NCBI GenBank assembly: GCA_001275005.1 | Contig: JWZX01003213.1 | Location: 1 to 42,320 of the forward strand | Source: Chrysochromulina tobinii | Taxonomy: Eukaryota | Length of the DNA: 42,320 bases | Direction of reading: 5' to 3' | In this document: positions 10,360 through 22,110 of the stretch, piece after piece | Numbering within the stretch: position 1 is the stretch's first letter | How the letters are laid out: the number at the start of each line of letters is the position of its first letter | Program-made: the position numbers and the translations under genes | Notes under the pieces: model-generated | Told to the model about the DNA's origin: nothing | What the model saw: the letters and a program-made list of their open reading frames with translations, nothing else | The model's database searches: none

Positions 10360-11665
10360 ATGCGCGCGCATGGGCTGCTCCTCGTCTGTTGTCTTCCGCT
10401 AGTGCATACAGGGATGAGAAGGGCAGATCGCGCTGCGCTCGTCCAGCTATTCCGATTGCTTGGTGGCCCATACTGGACGCACAACGAAGGTTGGGACCCG
10501 GATGGTGGAACAGATCCGTGTGACATGAACACGAGATGGAGAGGCGTTGGCTGCATTGACCCTTGTGACTTCTACCGCGACGGAGCTGACTGCGCGTTCG
10601 GCCGTGTCACGGCGCTGAACCTGCGTGATAACAACCTTACGGGCTCAATCACGAACTGGACGGGAATTGGCGACCTGCACAACCTAACGTACTTGGACAT
10701 GTCGTTGAATGCAATTTCTGGCTCCCTACCTGCCGAAATCGGTCCAAATCCAAAACATCGAGATTATCAGCTTATCCTTCAACAAGCTCGACGGGCAGTT
10801 GCCAACCACGCTTGGCAATATTAACAGCAACGGCAACGCCAAGCTTGAGGAGATCACGCTCCATCGCAACAACATCACTGGGTCGCTGCCCACTGAAATT
10901 GGCCGTCTGACGGACCTCGTGATGCTCAACGTGGGGCTCAACCGCATGATTGGTTCCATACCAACGCAGCTGACGAATCTCACGGCCCTGCAGGTTTTTT
11001 ATGCTCACGGGATGGGCCTTGAGGGCACGATCCCAGAGGACCTCGGCGCCATGACTGCACTCAGGTACCTGAACTTCTCCGAAAACAACATCTCTGGAAC
11101 GTTGCCGCCGTCTGTTGGCAATCTTGGCATGCTAAATGATCTGTCGCTCTTCGAGAACCGCCTCTCCGGCTCCTTGCCCCTGGAGCTCGGCAACATAGCA
11201 CCACTGCGCAACTTGCGCATGCAAAACAACATGCTGAATGGCAACTTCACCGAGTTCACAACACTGGGTAACTTGCGCAGTCTGGTAACGCTCGACCTCT
11301 ACGAGAACGCCATGGTTGGCGATGTGCCCGCATCGCTGCAGAACCTGACATCTCTGCAGTACCTGTATGTCGACAATCAGCACCTTCGCCCAGTTCGCCA
11401 ACGGTACTGTGGTCAGCGCATACCCAACAATGGAAAGTACAACTGTGCGTGCGGGCATACGCCGATCGAAACCCAGCGCCCTGTTCACTTTTCCCGACTC
11501 CCCTTGTCTGTTCGCGTCGCACAACTGATGGCGTCGGCAAACGCGTGGGCAGGGATCATCGTCCGTCACGACTATGTGCAAATGACATCCATGGTGTGCG
11601 AGAACATGCACGACACCAACTTTGCGTTCAACTCGCTGCAGGTCTCCGGCGTGTATCCGGACTGA
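10360..11665 (+). CDS. Secreted plant-type leucine-rich repeat protein; single-base frameshift near 10744 and probable in-frame intron 11445-11552
   Basis: Signal peptide, DRxAL...W...DPC...WxGVxC cap, then repeated LxxLxLxxNxLxGxLPxxLG units. Removing one C in GGT-C-CAA joins ORF 10360 to ORF 10709 (LPAEIGQIQNIEIISLSFN). Intron T|GTGCGT...GGCAG|GG restores KYNWIIVR. Confidence 0.85.
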
Positions 11666-12152
11666 ACCAGGGCATGCGCGAACATGCCAAGAGACGCAAG
11701 CAAGGCCAGGCTTGTGTTCGAGATGGGTTGCCAGCTCTGCGATCTCCTCCGTACACTATACTCCTCCCATGAATCCAATCGGCACTGCACAACAGGCCTC
11801 TTCGGACTGCGCTCAGGGTAAAGGCTAGAGGTAGAGGATTGTGTTCGCTGTCCCTGAGGGCAGTAGGGCGTTGTTCAGTAGTATAGTATTCAGTATAGTA
11901 TCATAATCATTCGGACTCGCGCCAAGGCGCCATTTGCCCATTTCCCACATTGCGAGCTCGTCCTCGCACCTCGGTATTATAGGAAGGCAATCCCTTATCG
12001 AGCTCACGTCATGTAACGTCCACACGTGGGAGAGCATCCTGCTGCAAAAAAGCTTTGCCTTTGCGGATTCAGGTGCGCGGAACGAATGCACAGTTTCAAA
12101 ACGGCGCAATCGCGAGCTCGTTTGTGAAAAGAGCGACGGCGGCGGCCCGACG

Positions 12153-13208
12153 ATGAGCTGCGCCCTCGCTCCGTTCTTGCTCTCCTATGCTACCTCGCTG
12201 CAGCATCAGTTTCAACCATTTACCAGCCCGCACATCCCGTGCTCCAGTAGGCGATGCAGTTGCCCAGTAGTTGCTCTGTTACGTGGCCGGCGCGTCCAGG
12301 TGATCACTGACATTGACGACACCATCAAGTCATCTGGCGGCGTAGCCCTTGGCACCATACCCCTTGGTGGCGTGGACACGTCTTTCGCGCGGGGTGCGTG
12401 CTACCCAGGCGTGTTCCGCTTCGGTGCAGAGCTTGCGGCGCACGCCATGGGCTCCAGTCGGCCGCCTGCACCGATGGCTGTTTTGACAGCACGAGCTCGT
12501 GAGTTTCGGTGGGCACTCGAGATCAAACAATCCGACAAGGTCTGTCAGGGTTTCCGGCGGGCAGGCGAGGCGGCTGGGCTGAGTGAGTGGGGCATCGGGC
12601 CCGTGCTTTATGGCAGCGTGCAGGAGTGGATCTGCCAGGAGCGGAAAGGATGGCGAAAATTTGAGAACTTCAAGGTCTTGCGTGCAAGCAGCGGCGACTC
12701 AGACTTGCGATGGGTGTTCGTTGGTGATAATGGTTCCTCCGAGAAGGACCTCGAAGCGGCTGAAATGATCATCAGCGAGTATCCGCGCGCGCTGCGGGCT
12801 GTGTTCATGCACGCAGTTTCTGGCAATGAGCAGCCGGCGACGCTCCCAGAGGTGATTCCCATGCAACTCGGGTCTACGAAGGCTTTGTGGTGGCACCCCT
12901 GAATCTGAGCCATGTGCTCTGTGCTCTCGGTGGTGGCGCAGGATAACGACATCGATGGCGTGCCCTTCCGCTACTTTCGAACGTACGCGACAGCCGCATC
13001 CAAGGCTGCTAAGCTCGGCTTGCTGAGCAACGCAGCCGCTCATCGTGTCTTGGATGCCGTGGAGGAGGACATGCGCGCTGATCCGATCAACGTATCCCCA
13101 GGCAGCACCAATGAGCAACTGCTGCTCGATGAGCTATCCGAAGCACGTTCCGCTCTCAGGTTTTCCATGCCATCCTGGACGAAACGGCTGATGATGAAGC
13201 GTTCCTGA
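12153..13208 (+). CDS. HAD-superfamily phosphatase, APP1 (phosphatidate phosphatase) catalytic-domain-like; 2 exons (12153-12851, 12942-13208)
   Basis: Motif I VITDIDDT, motif II LTAR, conserved K and motif IV FVGDNG...D. A 90-nt intron GAG|GTGATT...GCGCAG|GAT joins the two track ORFs in frame. Confidence 0.75.
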
Positions 13209-13913
13209 GCGAGGGGCCAGCGCTGGTCGTAGAACAGGAGCACGCGCCCCCGAAAGCTGCAGGGGGCCGGTCAGCCCGTGCCACCTCGCGCCTGGCCGCT
13301 GCGAAGACCGCGCGTGCTGCCGGGCGGGGTCTCCGCATCGGCGCGGCGACGGAACGATCCCGTATTCTTCTTGTGCGCTAGATACGCGTTAAGCGGCTCC
13401 ACGGGCGCGGCGGGGCACGCTCGTAGATGGTGCAGCTACGCGGTGCGTCGGCCGTCGCGCGGCCCGCGGGCCGAGCCGCGAAGTTCACGCTGCTTTTTTC
13501 GTTACTTGTTCGCGGCGTCTTGTGTGCGCCGACATACACGAGCGCCGTGACAGACTCAAATGCGCGCGCGCCGCACCGGCTCTAGTCTCACCTTCATCTA
13601 TTCTCACCTTCCTCTATTCTCAATCTCTCTGTGGACTTAGACCCGGGAGCCGAGCCGGGGCCGGGCCGATGTCCCGCCCATTTCCAGGGGGATACGCCAC
13701 GGGCTTGCACAGCCTGCTGCTGCGGGTATACACCACACCATCGCCCGATGGACTATAAGGTCCTGGGCGATGGACGCAGGACGGTGGCACGACGCGCGTA
13801 GATCCAATAGGCGAAGCCACTCGCTTCGTCAGCATCAATCCGCAAAGAATGGCTAACACAGAATCGTTCGACTCTGCTGATAGTCGACGAAGCTTGCGGG
13901 CTTGCAAATCCGT

Positions 13914-14969
13914 TCACACATGCGCACTCGTGGCGTGCGTCAGGTTCGTCGTGAAGTGGTAGCTGACATTGCGCCCCAGTTTATCGGAGGGCTCCTCAAA
14001 TTGCGAGGTGATGCGCGCATCTAGGCGCACGAGCACGCCGTGGGCCACGGGGAAGACGACGGGCAGATGCCAGTCCTGCTCGAGCGACTTGCCATAATAG
14101 CCGTACGACAGCTCGTGCTGTGGTGGAACGAGCGCGGGCACATTCGCACTGCGCTGCAGCGCCTCTGCGTGGGTGAGATGAAGGTTGGCACGATTTTTTA
14201 GTGACAGATTGCACCGCGGGTTGAGCGCCACCGCGGACGCAAAGTATTGGAGCGCCTGCTCCATGCGTCCGTCGTCCTGGCAAGCGGCGCCGAGGTTGTT
14301 GAGCGCACACGAGTGCAGCAGCCGGCCGTCAGGCGACCTCACGGGCGGCGCCTCGTCCATCGCATTCTGGTAGCACGAGATCGCTTCCGCGCTCAGCCCG
14401 AGCGCCTTGTACGCGTTGCCGCGATTGATCAACGCAAACACGATCAGGTGCGGAGCTTCCATCGCTGCGGCGGCGAATTCGGCCGCAGCACCGTAGAAAT
14501 CGCGCTTGTCGAATAGCTCGTTGCCTCGGCAGAAGTCGCGCACGTGGTGTGCGCTGTGCTCGTCGACGCGCGAAGGCCGTATAACGCCCTCCGGCATAGC
14601 GACCTTATCGGCAAATTTCTTCTTCATGTCGGCCTCCATCTTCTGCAGCTTGGACGAGTCAAACTGCGGTGTTTGGCGCACCTTGCCCTTGCCATCAGGT
14701 TCGCACGGTTTGCCGGTATCGCGCCGGCGGCCAAACGCGTCCTTCACTTCCGTGCGCTGCGCTCCGATCGCCTCAGTCACGCCCTCCTTGAATCCGCGCT
14801 CTGTTGGAGGCACAGTCACCAGAGGCTCGGCGAGCACCGATGTCCGGGAGGCCTGCAGCGCGTCTGACACGCCGGTCGGGATGGCGGGGTCCTCCTCGCC
14901 ACGGATCACCTTCTCAAGCTTTTCCTTCCAGTAGCCGATTTTAGCAGAGGTGTCGAGCCCTCGAGCCAT
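13914..14969 (-). CDS. TPR-repeat protein of unknown function
   Basis: TPR units RGNELFDKRDFYGAAAEF, ALINRGNAYKALG..AEAISCY and ALNNLGAAC...GRMEQALQYF...ALNP. Start placed at ATG 14969 because the upstream part of the track ORF is antisense to ZEP. Confidence 0.75.
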   Translation of the reverse strand: MARGLDTSAKIGYWKEKLEKVIRGEEDPAIPTGVSDALQASRTSVLAEPLVTVPPTERGFKEGVTEAIGAQRTEVKDAFGRRRDTGKPCEPDGKGKVRQTPQFDSSKLQKMEADMKKKFADKVAMPEGVIRPSRVDEHSAHHVRDFCRGNELFDKRDFYGAAAEFAAAAMEAPHLIVFALINRGNAYKALGLSAEAISCYQNAMDEAPPVRSPDGRLLHSCALNNLGAACQDDGRMEQALQYFASAVALNPRCNLSLKNRANLHLTHAEALQRSANVPALVPPQHELSYGYYGKSLEQDWHLPVVFPVAHGVLVRLDARITSQFEEPSDKLGRNVSYHFTTNLTHATSAHV

Positions 14970-15024
14970 GCTGGAACCCAACAGACGCGACTCGAATCGA
15001 AGGACTTCGTCAAATTCCGCAAGA

Positions 15025-16599
15025 ATGATGCTTCCTGTCCTTTTCTTCTTGGCTTGGGTGCCCTTGCGACCGCCAGCGCTAGCACGTACGTGCGTGCGCA
15101 CCCCGTCCACATATCTGCTCACGACGGGACCGAGCACCATCAGCAGCAGCGGCGTGCTCGCCACAGGCCCGGGCGCATTGGCTTCACAGCTGCAGACAGG
15201 CAAAGCTTTGCCTCTGCGTGTCATGGTGGCTGGAGGCGGCATAGGTGGACTCTGCGCGGCGCTCGTGCTCAAGAATCAGGGCTTTGATGTTAGCGTCTTC
15301 GAAAAGACGGAGACCTACAAGCCGTTCGGAGGTCCCATCCAGATCGCGAGCAATGCCCTTGAGTCTCTGTTGCGCATCGATGCGGGCGTGTACAAGCAGA
15401 TCATGTCGCAGGCGACGGTGATCGGCGATCGTAAGAATGGTCTCAAAGACGGCTTGAGCTCAGAGTGGTTCGCCACCTTTGACCTCTACTCGCCGGCCAA
15501 GGCGCGTAATCAGGATGTGTCTGTCGTGATTGACCGGCCCAAGCTGCAGGACATTCTGCTGAGCGCCATCGGCGACTGCGTGCAGACGGGTGCGGAGGTC
15601 GTGGGATATGAGCCCAGCGCCGCCAACGGCCGCGTGATCGGTATCCTCAGTGATGGCACGCGCCACGAGGCCGACATGCTCGTGGGTGCAGACGGCATAT
15701 GGTCCAAGGTGCGCGCCGTGTTAGACCCCAACCCCAAGGACCCTGTCTGGTCCGGGTACACGTGCTTCGCGGCGATCGCCAACTGCGTTCCGGATGACAT
15801 CAAAGAGGTGGGCTACAAAGTCTACCTTGGCAGCCGCAAATACTTCGTCTCCGTCGACGTGGGCGGCGGCCGCGTGCAGTGGTATGCATTTCTCAACGTG
15901 CCGCCCAAGTCGCTCTCGCTAGCGCCGGGCGATCAGTTGCGCTGGCTCAAGGAGACCCAGTTCAACGACTGGAGCCCGGAGGTGCATCAGCTGCTGGATA
16001 GCACACCCATCGAGGAGGTCGAGCAGCGCGACCTCTATGATCGCATCCCCGAGCTCCGCTGGGCCTCGGGCCGGGTGTGCCTGCTCGGCGACGCGGCGCA
16101 TCCTATGATGCCCAACCTCGGGCAGGGCGGCGGCATGGCGATCGAGGACGCGCTCGTACTGGGACAGGAGCTGCGTCGCATTGGCACCCCGGAGGCGGTG
16201 CCGCTCGCGCTCACCAAGTACAACAACAACCGCGTCGTGCGGGCTGCTGCCGTCCAAGGCATGTCGCGCCTCTCGAGCGCGATCCTCTTCCAGTACAACC
16301 ACCCTACGGTCGTGGACTCCGTCTGGCCGCCGCGGATACGCAACGTCGGGCCGCGTTCCCTCATCACGCGTGCATGCCAGGGCTTCCTCGAACGTGTCGC
16401 GTTTCCGCTGCAGTTCGAGTTCCTGTTCTCTTTCCCGGGAAAGATTCTCGATCCGCAGGTCTTTGCCCCCGCCACGTCTGGTGACTTTGCCGCACCTGAT
16501 GCGGTTAAGAAAGACAGAGCTGGGCCGAGCACGCGCGGCGTCGCGGAGAGGACGTTGGCGCAGACGAGCTTCAAGGATTGGCTAGCCACTTACTGGTAA
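15025..16599 (+). CDS. ZEP: Zeaxanthin epoxidase (FAD monooxygenase), no C-terminal FHA domain
   Basis: VAGGGIGG FAD motif, GGPIQIASNAL, LVGADGIWSKVR, SGYTCF, VQWYAF, LLGDAAHPMMPNLGQGGGMAIED. Signal-peptide-like start MMLPVLFFLAW at 15025. Confidence 0.9.
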   Translation: MMLPVLFFLAWVPLRPPALARTCVRTPSTYLLTTGPSTISSSGVLATGPGALASQLQTGKALPLRVMVAGGGIGGLCAALVLKNQGFDVSVFEKTETYKPFGGPIQIASNALESLLRIDAGVYKQIMSQATVIGDRKNGLKDGLSSEWFATFDLYSPAKARNQDVSVVIDRPKLQDILLSAIGDCVQTGAEVVGYEPSAANGRVIGILSDGTRHEADMLVGADGIWSKVRAVLDPNPKDPVWSGYTCFAAIANCVPDDIKEVGYKVYLGSRKYFVSVDVGGGRVQWYAFLNVPPKSLSLAPGDQLRWLKETQFNDWSPEVHQLLDSTPIEEVEQRDLYDRIPELRWASGRVCLLGDAAHPMMPNLGQGGGMAIEDALVLGQELRRIGTPEAVPLALTKYNNNRVVRAAAVQGMSRLSSAILFQYNHPTVVDSVWPPRIRNVGPRSLITRACQGFLERVAFPLQFEFLFSFPGKILDPQVFAPATSGDFAAPDAVKKDRAGPSTRGVAERTLAQTSFKDWLATYW

Positions 16600-17361
16600 G
16601 CTCAGGACAGTCGATCTCGCCTTGATGACCATAGATGGCTGCGCGCAGACACGCCGCGCGCGCGGCTTGTATCGAGCTAGCGACCTTACTGCGCAGCAGT
16701 CGCACAGTTAGCTCACGTGGTCTCAAACGGCAACGCGCCGCCTCACCGAACAAGTGGCCGCGCGCGCGGGCCGAGCTTGGCGGGGGCGGACGGCCGAGAG
16801 ACACCCGCGCCCCGCCGGCGGCCGGCGCGCGGTCCGCACACGTTCGGTCCCGGGCCGCCCCTATCGCCTATGCCGCAATGATTGGCCGCGTCCGCTCGGC
16901 GCGCCGCGCAACGAGCTCCGAGCTCGACCGTGCGCCGCCCGCTCGACGGCAGTCGTAGCGCCGGATGAGCGGATCGCGGCATATACGTTTGTCCGCACAC
17001 AGACCGGACGCCGACCTCGAGCACGCGCGGACACGCAGCGTCGGCGAGCACGGAGGTCCGCGGGATGGCCGCTTGAAGACGCCCACGGAGTAATGTTGCC
17101 GATGCGTGCGTGCGCACCACCAAAACTATACACACTTCTGCACGGTGAAAGTACTAAAATGAACGTCCAAGTCATACGCGCAGCGTGACTCAAGTGCGCG
17201 CGCCAAGCCGGGCCAAAGGGCCACAGCGGTTCCGGGGCTCCGCGCGGGCGGCGCGCTGGCCGCGTGTTTGACGGGCGGCGCTACGACAGGCACGCGGACT
17301 GAACGATGGGTGAGGCAGTCGACAGGCTGCTGCCATGCGACGCGGGCAGAGCGAGTGTCGC

Positions 17362-18083
17362 TCAAGGCCCAGCCTTGAACGAGTGCTTGTACGTCATGAT
17401 TCGCATGAACTCGTCCTCGTTCACCTCGCCATCGCCATCGAGATCGGCCTTGTTGATCATCTCCTGCAGCTCTTCATCGGTCATGTTCTCGCCGAGCTCG
17501 CGCGCCACACGCTTCAGATTGCGGAACGAGATCTTGCCCGTCTCGTCATCGTCGAAGAGCTTGAAGACGCGTCGAATCTCCTCCGGCGAGTCACGGTCGC
17601 CCATCTTGCCTGTCATCATCTCCACAAATTCCTCAAAGTCAATCGTGCCTGAGAGCGGGCGCGCCACGTCCGTGCTCAGCTTTCCAGACGCACCCTTCTA
17701 CCGCAGGAATGCCATCTCCAGAAGCGCAAGAAGCGTGCCAGGGTCTTCGCTAGGGTGCCAACACGCCTAATGCAGCAGCGCACAGCAAGCGGCACAGAGG
17801 GCGGGCGCAGCGCACCGGAGCCGTCCAAGTCGATGTCGGCGATCATTTTGCGCACCTTCTCCTTCTTTGAGTCGAAGCCGAGCGCACGGAGCGCCACCTG
17901 CAGCTCCTTGGTGTCGATGGTGCCGGAGCCATCCGTGTCAAAGAGGTCGAATGCTTCACGCAGCTCCTGCATCTGCCACTCCGGGATTCCTGGCCGTGCT
18001 GCGACCGCGCCGCCCGCCTTCTTGGCTGAGGCCGGCGCGCGCACCATCGGCGATGCCTTCTTACCGTGCGGTTGAGAGTCCAT
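17362..18083 (-). CDS. Centrin (caltractin), 4 EF-hands; 2 exons (18083-17816, 17648-17362)
   Basis: [31 protein letters not shown], MIADIDx[49 protein letters not shown] 167-nt intron G|GTGCGC...CTCAG|GC splits EF-hand 2. Confidence 0.95.
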
Positions 18084-18425
18084 GGTGGCTGGAGCCTGCT
18101 GCGCAACGAAGCACAGAGATGGGCGATCAGGCAGAGCAAGAGCGGAGACTGCTGAGCAGGCTACTGGCGCCGACACACGGGATAGGCGTGGCGTGCACGT
18201 CATCGGCATGGTCAAGGGTCAGGCAAGCCGCATGCGCCATGAAGTGTGTTGCCGTCCGGCGCGGCGCGCGCAGAGCCGTCGGCACCTTAGTCACCCGCCA
18301 AGTGGTTTTTCGACCGGTGCAAGATGTGTGAACGTACCAGACCGCCTGGTGTACAGTCTGTGAAACGCTAGACGCGGGCCTTCCACCCAAGAAACGTTTA
18401 CGCGAACTCACACACCGAGTGCGGC

Positions 18426-19207
18426 TCATGCCCTAACCGTGCCCGTGTAGCATGGGAGAGCGCATGACGACGCACGCTGACACTCGTACTGTACGCTGCA
18501 TACGAGCCATACAGCTTGACAACCTTGGTGGGCAGCGCGGGCCAGAGCTCGTCGACCGCCGCCAGAAAGCGACGATGCCGTCCGGGCCGCTCGGCGCTCG
18601 CATGCAGAGAGCGCCGAATGGCGACGCAGTGTCCGGAGCTCGCAGAAGGAGACCGTGGTGGGCGGAACGCCCCAGCGTTGCATCTCGCGCGGCATCTGGC
18701 GCACGGGCTTCCACAGCGGCGGCCGGTTGCGCGCGTATGCACTCAGCGCATCACGATTGAACACGATCGATTCGGCGCGTACGTTGGCTGAGCGCATCGA
18801 CTGTACCAGCCGCAGCTGTGCGCGGCACGCCGCAGACAGCGTCGCGTCCACATTCATCTTGGGGACGGGCGAGGGGAAGGCGACGCTCGGCGCCTGGGTC
18901 TAGCCCTAGTGCGCTGCCGTGCCCCGGTAGTCCACTGATCGGCCTCAGCCCCGCTGGTCGTCACCTGGACGTCTTGACACCTATGCACGAGGAGGCGAGC
19001 CGCGCGTGCATAGTCATGGGAACGGGCGTGGGGAAGACGACGCTCGGCGCCGGGGTCTAGCGCGTCGCCGTGCCCGTCGCTGGACGGGGACGGAATTCGC
19101 ACCGCTCCTGTTGCCCTAGCGCGTTGAAGTGCCCCGAGTCTCAACCGGTCGTCCTCAGCATCAAAATCGTTGCAAGAATCGTTGTGCGCGGCACGCCGCA
19201 GGCACAT
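18426..19207 (-). pseudogene. Possible decayed pentatricopeptide-repeat (PPR) gene fragment
   Basis: LVQSMRSANVRAESIVFN..LSAYAR...W..V.QM.REMQRWGVPPTTVSF...SALSACER resembles tandem PPR motifs. The region is broken across frames with no complete ORF. Confidence 0.35.
18860..19061. repeat. Imperfect 45-bp direct repeat pair
   Basis: 18860-18904 vs 19017-19061, 4 mismatches, 157 bp period. Confidence 0.85.
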
Positions 19208-19562
19208 GACGCCGCATCGCGTGCTCGTCGTTCAAAGTAGAAGACCCCTCAGGATGGCGATGGGGCATACGTCGGGCGCGCTGCGGTCGCGTAATTTCGC
19301 GTCTTCGGCCCGGGGCCTGCGTCCGGACGGCAAAAGCGCCTCGATGAGTGGGTGGAGAGGATGTGCTTAGGAAAAAACAATCGAACGTCCCAGGCTGTCT
19401 TGGGTGGTAGCGGTTGATGCGCAGTTTCTATTTCCGCTGCTGTACTGACACAAAACCGACCCGGGGGCCGAATTCGAGGACGCCCGCGACCACGCCCATG
19501 CATCTGAAACAGTTTATTCGCGGTGCAGAGCAGTCCACCCCGAGCAGCGCGTCGACGTGAAC

Positions 19563-21374
19563 ATGGACGATGTCTCGACACCGCCGCCAAAATCATTAGG
19601 CCGCAGCCCCGGCAGCAAGAAAACTCGCGTCGCGCCGGCGCCGCCGCCAAACAGCGGCGCTTCGCCCTCTCTGCGCAAGTCATCGTCATCGGCGGCAGTG
19701 CTGAAACGCTCGGCGTGGGGCACTCCAGATTCGTCAAGGCCACCACGCCCATCCACGGCCCCGACGCCGGACGCCTTCACATACGATCTCGGGCTCAGCA
19801 ACTCGTACGATCCCGGGCTCGGCGAGGTGCAGATGGGCGTTGCGCATCTCGTCCTCGATAAGAAGAGATTGGAGCAGCAGCTCTTCCAGACCGAGGAGGA
19901 TCTGCGAAAGGCGAACAAGCGCATCGATCAACACGTGCTCCAGATCAAGACGCTGCAGGGGCGTCAGACGGCGGTCCGTGTGGGCAGCGCGGAGGCGTCA
20001 CTCAAGGGCGAGTCATGGAGCATCGCCGACGTGAAGCGATTTACGTCGGTGCCCAAGAGCAAAGCCGAATTCACTTCGGATGTGCTGCGCGAGCTGCTCG
20101 ACCAGGCGCTGCTGGGTACGACGCGCCGGGTGCTCGAGGCCGTGCAAGAAGGCGTCGCCGCACGCGCCGAGTCGGTGAGCGCCGAGGGCGAGGGTGAGGA
20201 GAGCATAGAGAAAGTGCTCGCCAAGTGCAAGGGACTGACGGCGGACGTAGAGTACGCGGTGCGGCAGGCGGTCCTTGGCATACTCAATCGCGGCAACCGG
20301 CTGGCCAAGAGGCTGCGCACCGCGCTGCACATGCTCGAGGCGGCGGCGACTGCCGCGCAAGACGTGCACGCGAGCGACCTACGCCAGGTCACGACACGCC
20401 TGGTGGCCGTACGGGACGCGCAAACGGCGATGGTGCTGAACGACCTGGCAAAGACTGAGCACGAGGGGCACAACTCGATCCGCGGGCTGCACTCGAGGAT
20501 CTTCGAAAAGGATCGCATCATCCAGCAGCGCGATGCCGAGATCGTGCGCCTTGGTACCGAGCTCGAGCATATGATCGAGCTCCTCAAGGAGGAGAAGCGG
20601 CAGCGCGCCGTCGACAGCCAGGACCTGCGTTGCTGCCTGCGCGTGGTGCAGCGCGAGATTCCGATGATCGAACGCGAGGTGAACCTAGCGCAGCGCGACC
20701 GCAAGATCAACCCCATCGCCCTTGCGCGCGACCTCGCCATCGAGGAGAAGGAGCGCGAGGATGAGCGGCGCGCGCTCCAGCAGCGCTTCGAGCGGCAGGC
20801 AAAGGAGCATGCGGCCAAGATTGTCGAGTATGAGAGGCGGCTCATGGCGATGCGTGCCGACGCGCGCGCGACGCTCGAGGCGATGAACGGCCGGCTCAAG
20901 ACGCTCATGAGCGAGAACGTGGCGCTTGAGGCGCAGCACGAGGAGGACCTCGCCGTCGCCGAGAATGCACACGAGAGGGAGCGTAGTTTCCTGAATAGGA
21001 AGGCCGAGAAGCTGCACTCGCAGGTACGCGCACTGAAGGCATCCACGACCCGCGGGCGAGCGCTCTTTTACTGGTCCTCGATGAAGAAGACCTTTCTCGC
21101 CAATCCAAAGGTGGCGGACCACTTCCTCGCCTCGGGAGAGAAGTGGAGTGGACCAGCTAGCGACCTGATCAGCGACCGGCTCAAGGATGAGCTCGGGCGA
21201 GATGAGGCTCTCGACGGTGCGCTCGAGCAGGCGGCGCGAGTCCGAATTGGGGAGCGCGTGCTGCTCGCCGAGGCGGCTGGGGAGGAGTGGCTCGCCGAGG
21301 AGTGGCGCACCCCGCTCAAATCTGGCATCCCCGGTGCACACGGCGATCCGGCTGGCCGTGCACTCGTTCGCTAG
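19563..21374 (+). CDS. Long coiled-coil protein of unknown function
   Basis: About 600-aa ORF with coding-like GC3 bias, Ser/Pro-rich N-terminus and extended E/K/R/L heptad regions. First ATG at 19563. Confidence 0.8.
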   Translation: MDDVSTPPPKSLGRSPGSKKTRVAPAPPPNSGASPSLRKSSSSAAVLKRSAWGTPDSSRPPRPSTAPTPDAFTYDLGLSNSYDPGLGEVQMGVAHLVLDKKRLEQQLFQTEEDLRKANKRIDQHVLQIKTLQGRQTAVRVGSAEASLKGESWSIADVKRFTSVPKSKAEFTSDVLRELLDQALLGTTRRVLEAVQEGVAARAESVSAEGEGEESIEKVLAKCKGLTADVEYAVRQAVLGILNRGNRLAKRLRTALHMLEAAATAAQDVHASDLRQVTTRLVAVRDAQTAMVLNDLAKTEHEGHNSIRGLHSRIFEKDRIIQQRDAEIVRLGTELEHMIELLKEEKRQRAVDSQDLRCCLRVVQREIPMIEREVNLAQRDRKINPIALARDLAIEEKEREDERRALQQRFERQAKEHAAKIVEYERRLMAMRADARATLEAMNGRLKTLMSENVALEAQHEEDLAVAENAHERERSFLNRKAEKLHSQVRALKASTTRGRALFYWSSMKKTFLANPKVADHFLASGEKWSGPASDLISDRLKDELGRDEALDGALEQAARVRIGERVLLAEAAGEEWLAEEWRTPLKSGIPGAHGDPAGRALVR

Positions 21375-22110
21375 GATTCGCTAGCAGTAGCTTTTAGAAG
21401 CCCACAGGCCGGGACGGCGGAACTCCCCCTGTGGGTGAGGATTGAGCAGATGAGAGTGTGGTCTGGAGATACAAAAGAGGCATGGCGATGGCGCCGCCAC
21501 ACAGCCACCGCCCACCCGATACCGCGACGGTAACATACCCGGAATTCAGAATTACGCAAGGTGTGTACGTAAAGTACGAGAGGGGTAGCGGGCTCCGTCG
21601 CGTCCTCCGTGCGATCTGTATGGCGGCGCCTGCGGTTGTGCGTTATCCGATCCGTTTTATGCTTTACCATCTTTTAACGAAGCCGAAGGACCGTGGCGAG
21701 GGGGGGCCGTGCGAGCGTGCGTGCCCACGGTGCCGGAGTCACTGCGGGTTAATCTCATTTCTCACGAGTCACGTTCACGGTCCGTGCCGCCCCCGCGGCG
21801 GTGCGGTGCGCGAAAGGCGGATCGGCGATCGCGCCGGTTCGCAATAGGTTCGCAATTCAGGTTTCGGCCCGGGCTGCGAGGTCGCGGCCCGAGTCCGATT
21901 GCGTAGCCCGTAGGCGAGGGTAAGAGTTAAGAGCGATCAACGACAGCGTACAGCGTGCGGCATGTAAAGCCGTCGTTGCCGACAATATGTGCGCGCTCGT
22001 AACGTGCTGTGTGTGCTGCTCAGGCCACGAGGTCAGCTCGCCGAGCTTGCTGCTCAGGCTACGAGGGGGCCGCCGCACGCTCCGCTGGGCTACCTTGGCC
22101 GCAAGCAACA

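Noticed and set aside
13210..13900. Faint similarity between this GC-rich spacer and 16960-17290
   Set aside because: The matches are short and explainable by GC-rich composition.
14970..15272. True coding overlap between the TPR ORF and ZEP
   Set aside because: The upstream part of the minus ORF begins at a non-ATG codon and mirrors the ZEP leader; downstream ATGs explain both genes without overlap.
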